A stretch of 64,000 nt of DNA from Leucoraja erinacea (Eukaryota), in contig NW_026575913.1 in the NCBI RefSeq assembly GCF_028641065.1, positions 62,001 to 126,000 of the forward strand. The letters run 5' to 3'. The first letter of the stretch is position 1. The number at the start of each line of letters is the position of its first letter. The notes below the pieces were generated by a model. That model had not been told where the DNA came from, searched no databases, and saw only the letters and a program-made list of their open reading frames with translations. This document shows, one piece after another, positions 61,003-64,000 of the stretch. The translations under genes were made by a program, and so were the position numbers.

Positions 61003-61419
61003 TCTACTACATCCCTCCGTCCTGGGATTTATCCACCTTAATGCTCATCAAGTGACCCATCATTTCCTTCTTATTTACCTTCAAAGAGCCCCTGCATGTT
61101 CGTATTCTCCACACTGATCTTACTATTCTCCAAGGAGTAAGACATTTAGAACGGAGACGAGGAAGCACTTTTTCTCACAGAGAGTGGTGTCTGTGGTATT
61201 ATCCGCCTCAGGAAGGGCAGTGAGGGCCAGTTCTCTGGATACTTTCAAGAGAGAGCTAGATAGGGCTTGTAAAGATAGTGGAGTCAGGGGATATGCAGAG
61301 AAGGCAGGAACGGGGTACTGATTGTGGATGATCAGCCATGATCACATTGAATGGCGGTGCTGGCTCGAAGGGCCAAATGACCTACTCCTGCACCTATTGT
61401 CTATTCTCTTGGTTAAAAC

Positions 61420-62205
61420 CGAAGGTAGACACAAAATGCTGCAGGACAAGCAGCATCTCTGGAGAGAAGGAATGTGCGACGTTTCTGGTCGAGACACTTT
61501 CTCAGATTGATGTCAAGGGAGAGACAAAGATAGAATATAGGCAGAGACAGTAAGACTGGTGGGAGAACTGGGAAGGGGAGGGGATGGAAAGAGAAAGCAA
61601 GGGCTATCGAATGTTAGAGAAGTCAATGTTCATACTGCTGGAGGGTATACTAAATTGTTCATAACTATGGACTATAAACTAAACCAAGCAAAATATGAGG
61701 TGCTGTTCCTCCAATTTGCACTGGGCCTCACTCACACAATGGAGGAAGCCCAGGACAGAAAGTTCATATTGGGAATCGGAGGGGAAGTTGAAGTGCTGAG
61801 CCACCGGGAGATCAGGTAGGTTAAGACGGACTGAGCGGACGTGTTCAGTGAAATGATCGCCGAGCCTGCGCTTGGTCTCGCCGATGCAGAGAAGTTGACA
61901 ACTGGAACAGTGGATACAGTAGATGAGGTTGGGGGAGGAGCAAGTGAACCTCTGCTTCACCTGGAAAGACTTTGGGGCCTTGGATGGAGTAGAGCGGGAA
62001 GGTGAAGGCGGAGGTAAAGGGACAGGCGTTGCATCTCCTGCAGTTGCAGGGGAAAGTACCCGGGGTGGGGGTGGTTTGTGTGTGAAGGGATGAGTTGACC
62101 AGGGAGTTTTCCTTGGGAACGGTCTCTGCACAAAGCAGAAAGTGGTGAGATGGGAAGTGGCTAGTAATGGGATCCTGCTGGAGGTGGCGATAATGATGGA
62201 GGGTT
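61420..62205 (-). mobile_element. Penelope-like element 3' part with GIY-YIG endonuclease and terminal repeat
   Basis: ORF 61679-62131 reads QRFTCSSPNLIYCIHCSSCQLLCIGETKRRLGDHFTEH..VAQHFN..EEQHLIF. Confidence 0.88.
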
Positions 62206-62238
62206 ATATGCTGTACTTACTAATAATCTATCTATCTA

Positions 62239-62808
62239 TCTATACATATGTACAACTCTCATCTTGTTATATTCCGGTTTGGCGGTCTTTTTATTTGTGC
62301 AAAAATGGATTGCGATAGTGCAACGATATTTCACCAGTTCACTCACCGTTCTCCTGTGCTGCGAGTGCACCAAGTTTCGTTCCGATCGGTTGAATGCCGT
62401 AAATGTTAGCGAGGTTTCAAAATCTTTAAAAACGCGCATGCGCAGATCGATCTCTTCTCCTGCCAGTCGGCGTCGCGCAGATTAGTCTCATCCCCATCAC
62501 TCCCCGGAACGGTCTACCCCTTCCTGCGCCATCGCGTCTTTACAGGAGCTGAAGGTGGCCGGCGTAGGTTTCCAACCAGTCTTTCAGAGAGATCCGACCC
62601 AGCCCAGCCCCTCCCCAAGCAGCAGCCCAGCGTCGGAGACCTGACCCAGCCCAGTCCAACGTGGGAGACCCAGCCCGGAGTCGGTGACCCAGCCCAGTCG
62701 GAGATGTCGCCGATGTCTCCACAAGCCCCTCCCCACCACAAGCCCCCCTGCCCACACCCAGTCCCCCACGCACACCCAGCCCCCCACGCACAACCCCCAC
62801 CCCCCATT
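62239..62808 (+). mobile_element. Helitron-like 5' fragment with GC-rich cccagccc repeats
   Basis: The 5' end a|tctatacatatgtacaactctcatcttg resembles the 5' end at 53661. No 3' end is visible before the adjacent SINE. Confidence 0.45.
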
Positions 62809-63159
62809 ATCCCACACACACTAGGGGCAATTTACATTTATACAAAGCCAATTAGCCGACAAACCTGTATGTCTTTGGAGTGTGGGAGGAAACCAAGATC
62901 TCTGAGAAAACTCAAGCGGTCACGGGGAAAACGTACAAACTCCATACAGACAGCAGTCTTGTACCTTGGTCTATGGCACTGTGAGGCAGCAATATGTTTG
63001 GAGAAGTTGGAAGAATTCTGCCTTTGGCAGAAACATCACTACAGAATGCCGACCTGATCCTATATTAACGATGGCTCTTCCTTTGAGCGGAATTAAGATG
63101 AAAGGAAAGAAACCCTGGATATATGCCCCAGGTGTGAAATAAGCTCATATTTGTTACAA

Positions 63160-63475
63160 TTACTTTAGTTTAGGTTAGAGATAAAGCATGAAAACAGGCC
63201 CTTCAGCCCACTGTGCCCTCATCGCCCAGCAATATCTGTACATCAGTACTATCCCACATACGAGGTACAATCTACAATTTTTACCGAAGCCAATTAACCT
63301 ACAAACATGTGAGTCTTTGGATTGTTGGATGAAACTGGAACAATTAGAGAAAACCCTCACAGTCACGAGGTCAATGTACAAACTACGTACCGACAACACC
63401 CGGAGTCAGGATCGAACCCAGGTCTCTGTAGCTGTGAGGCAGCAACTCTACCGCTGTGCCACCATGCTACCCTGT
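63160..63475 (-). mobile_element. tRNA-derived SINE (HE1-like)
   Basis: Reverse complement with tail tttagtttagg, core, and head ggatcgaacccagg..ggcagcaactctaccgctg. Confidence 0.8.
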
Positions 63476-63639
63476 GTCATTAGTATTGTGTGTTGAAATG
63501 TTTCCATCAGTGATTATAGCAACTCTCTCTCTAAACCTCTGTACTTTTTCAGTTGACCAAGCAGTTCCTCCTTCCACCTTATGAGGCTAAGTTATTGGAT
63601 GGCTGAACTTTTGGGGGAAACTCCTCACTGCAAGCTTGG

Positions 63640-63955
63640 TTTAGTTTATTTTAGTTTAGAGATACAGTGCAGAAACAGGCCATTCGGCCCACCGAGTCCA
63701 CACCAAGCAGTGATCCCCACACATTAACACTATTTTACACGCACTAGGCACATTTATACCGAGCCAATTAACCTACAAACCTGTACGTCTTTGGAGTGTG
63801 GATGGAAACCGAAGATAATGGAGAAAACCCACACAGGTCACGGTGAGAACGTACAAACTCTGTACAGACACCACTCGTAGTCAGGATCAAACCCACGTCT
63901 CTGGCGCTGCAAGTGCTGTAAGGCAGCAACTCTACCACCGTGCCACTGTGCCGCA
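63640..63955 (-). mobile_element. tRNA-derived SINE (HE1-like)
   Basis: Reverse complement with tail tttagtttagagatacag and head ggcagcaactctaccaccgtgcc. Confidence 0.85.
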
Positions 63956-64000
63956 TGATCTATTGGCTTTGCTGATAATTATGATCATTTTTTATCTTAT

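Noticed and set aside
60325-64000. Alpha1 or leader exon of the class I gene
   Set aside because: The region is almost all RTE, CR1, Penelope, Helitron-like and SINE sequence. The short unique patches show no alpha1-like frame.

Overview
Eukaryotic, repeat-rich genomic DNA, most likely from a cartilaginous fish (skate/ray-like), inferred from the HE1-like tRNA SINEs, CR1/L2/Rex1/Penelope repeats and the gene families present. There are two short N gaps (10306-10463, 55176-55439). Three host genes can be rebuilt by hand from splice sites. (1) A two-exon class A GPCR on the minus strand (exons 8009-8078 and 2296-3179, 317 aa). (2) A paralogous two-exon GPCR on the plus strand (exons 12844-12913 and 17031-17956, 331 aa), head-to-head with the first; its ORF is open but it carries several damaging-looking substitutions. 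Both resemble the chondrichthyan GPR139-like expansion. (3) A minus-strand MHC class I-like gene with alpha2 (60049-60324), alpha3 (51234-51500) and TM (41626-41733) exons, all phase 1; its leader and alpha1 exons were not found and probably lie beyond the right edge. The alpha2 domain has lost some classical peptide-anchoring residues and has a hydrophobic predicted groove, so it looks non-classical and possibly lipid-binding. This is the most interesting feature of the window. Most of the rest is transposon-derived: many CR1 copies (including a tandem array with ORF1 esterase, APE and RT), a DIRS1-type tyrosine-recombinase retrotransposon with intact terminal architecture, Helitron-like pieces carrying promoter motifs, L2, L1, RTE, Rex1, a HERO/R2-like remnant, Penelope fragments with degenerate hammerhead-like cores, SINEs and Harbinger MITEs. 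Exon coordinates were counted by hand from the sequence, repeat boundaries are approximate, and no database searches were run.
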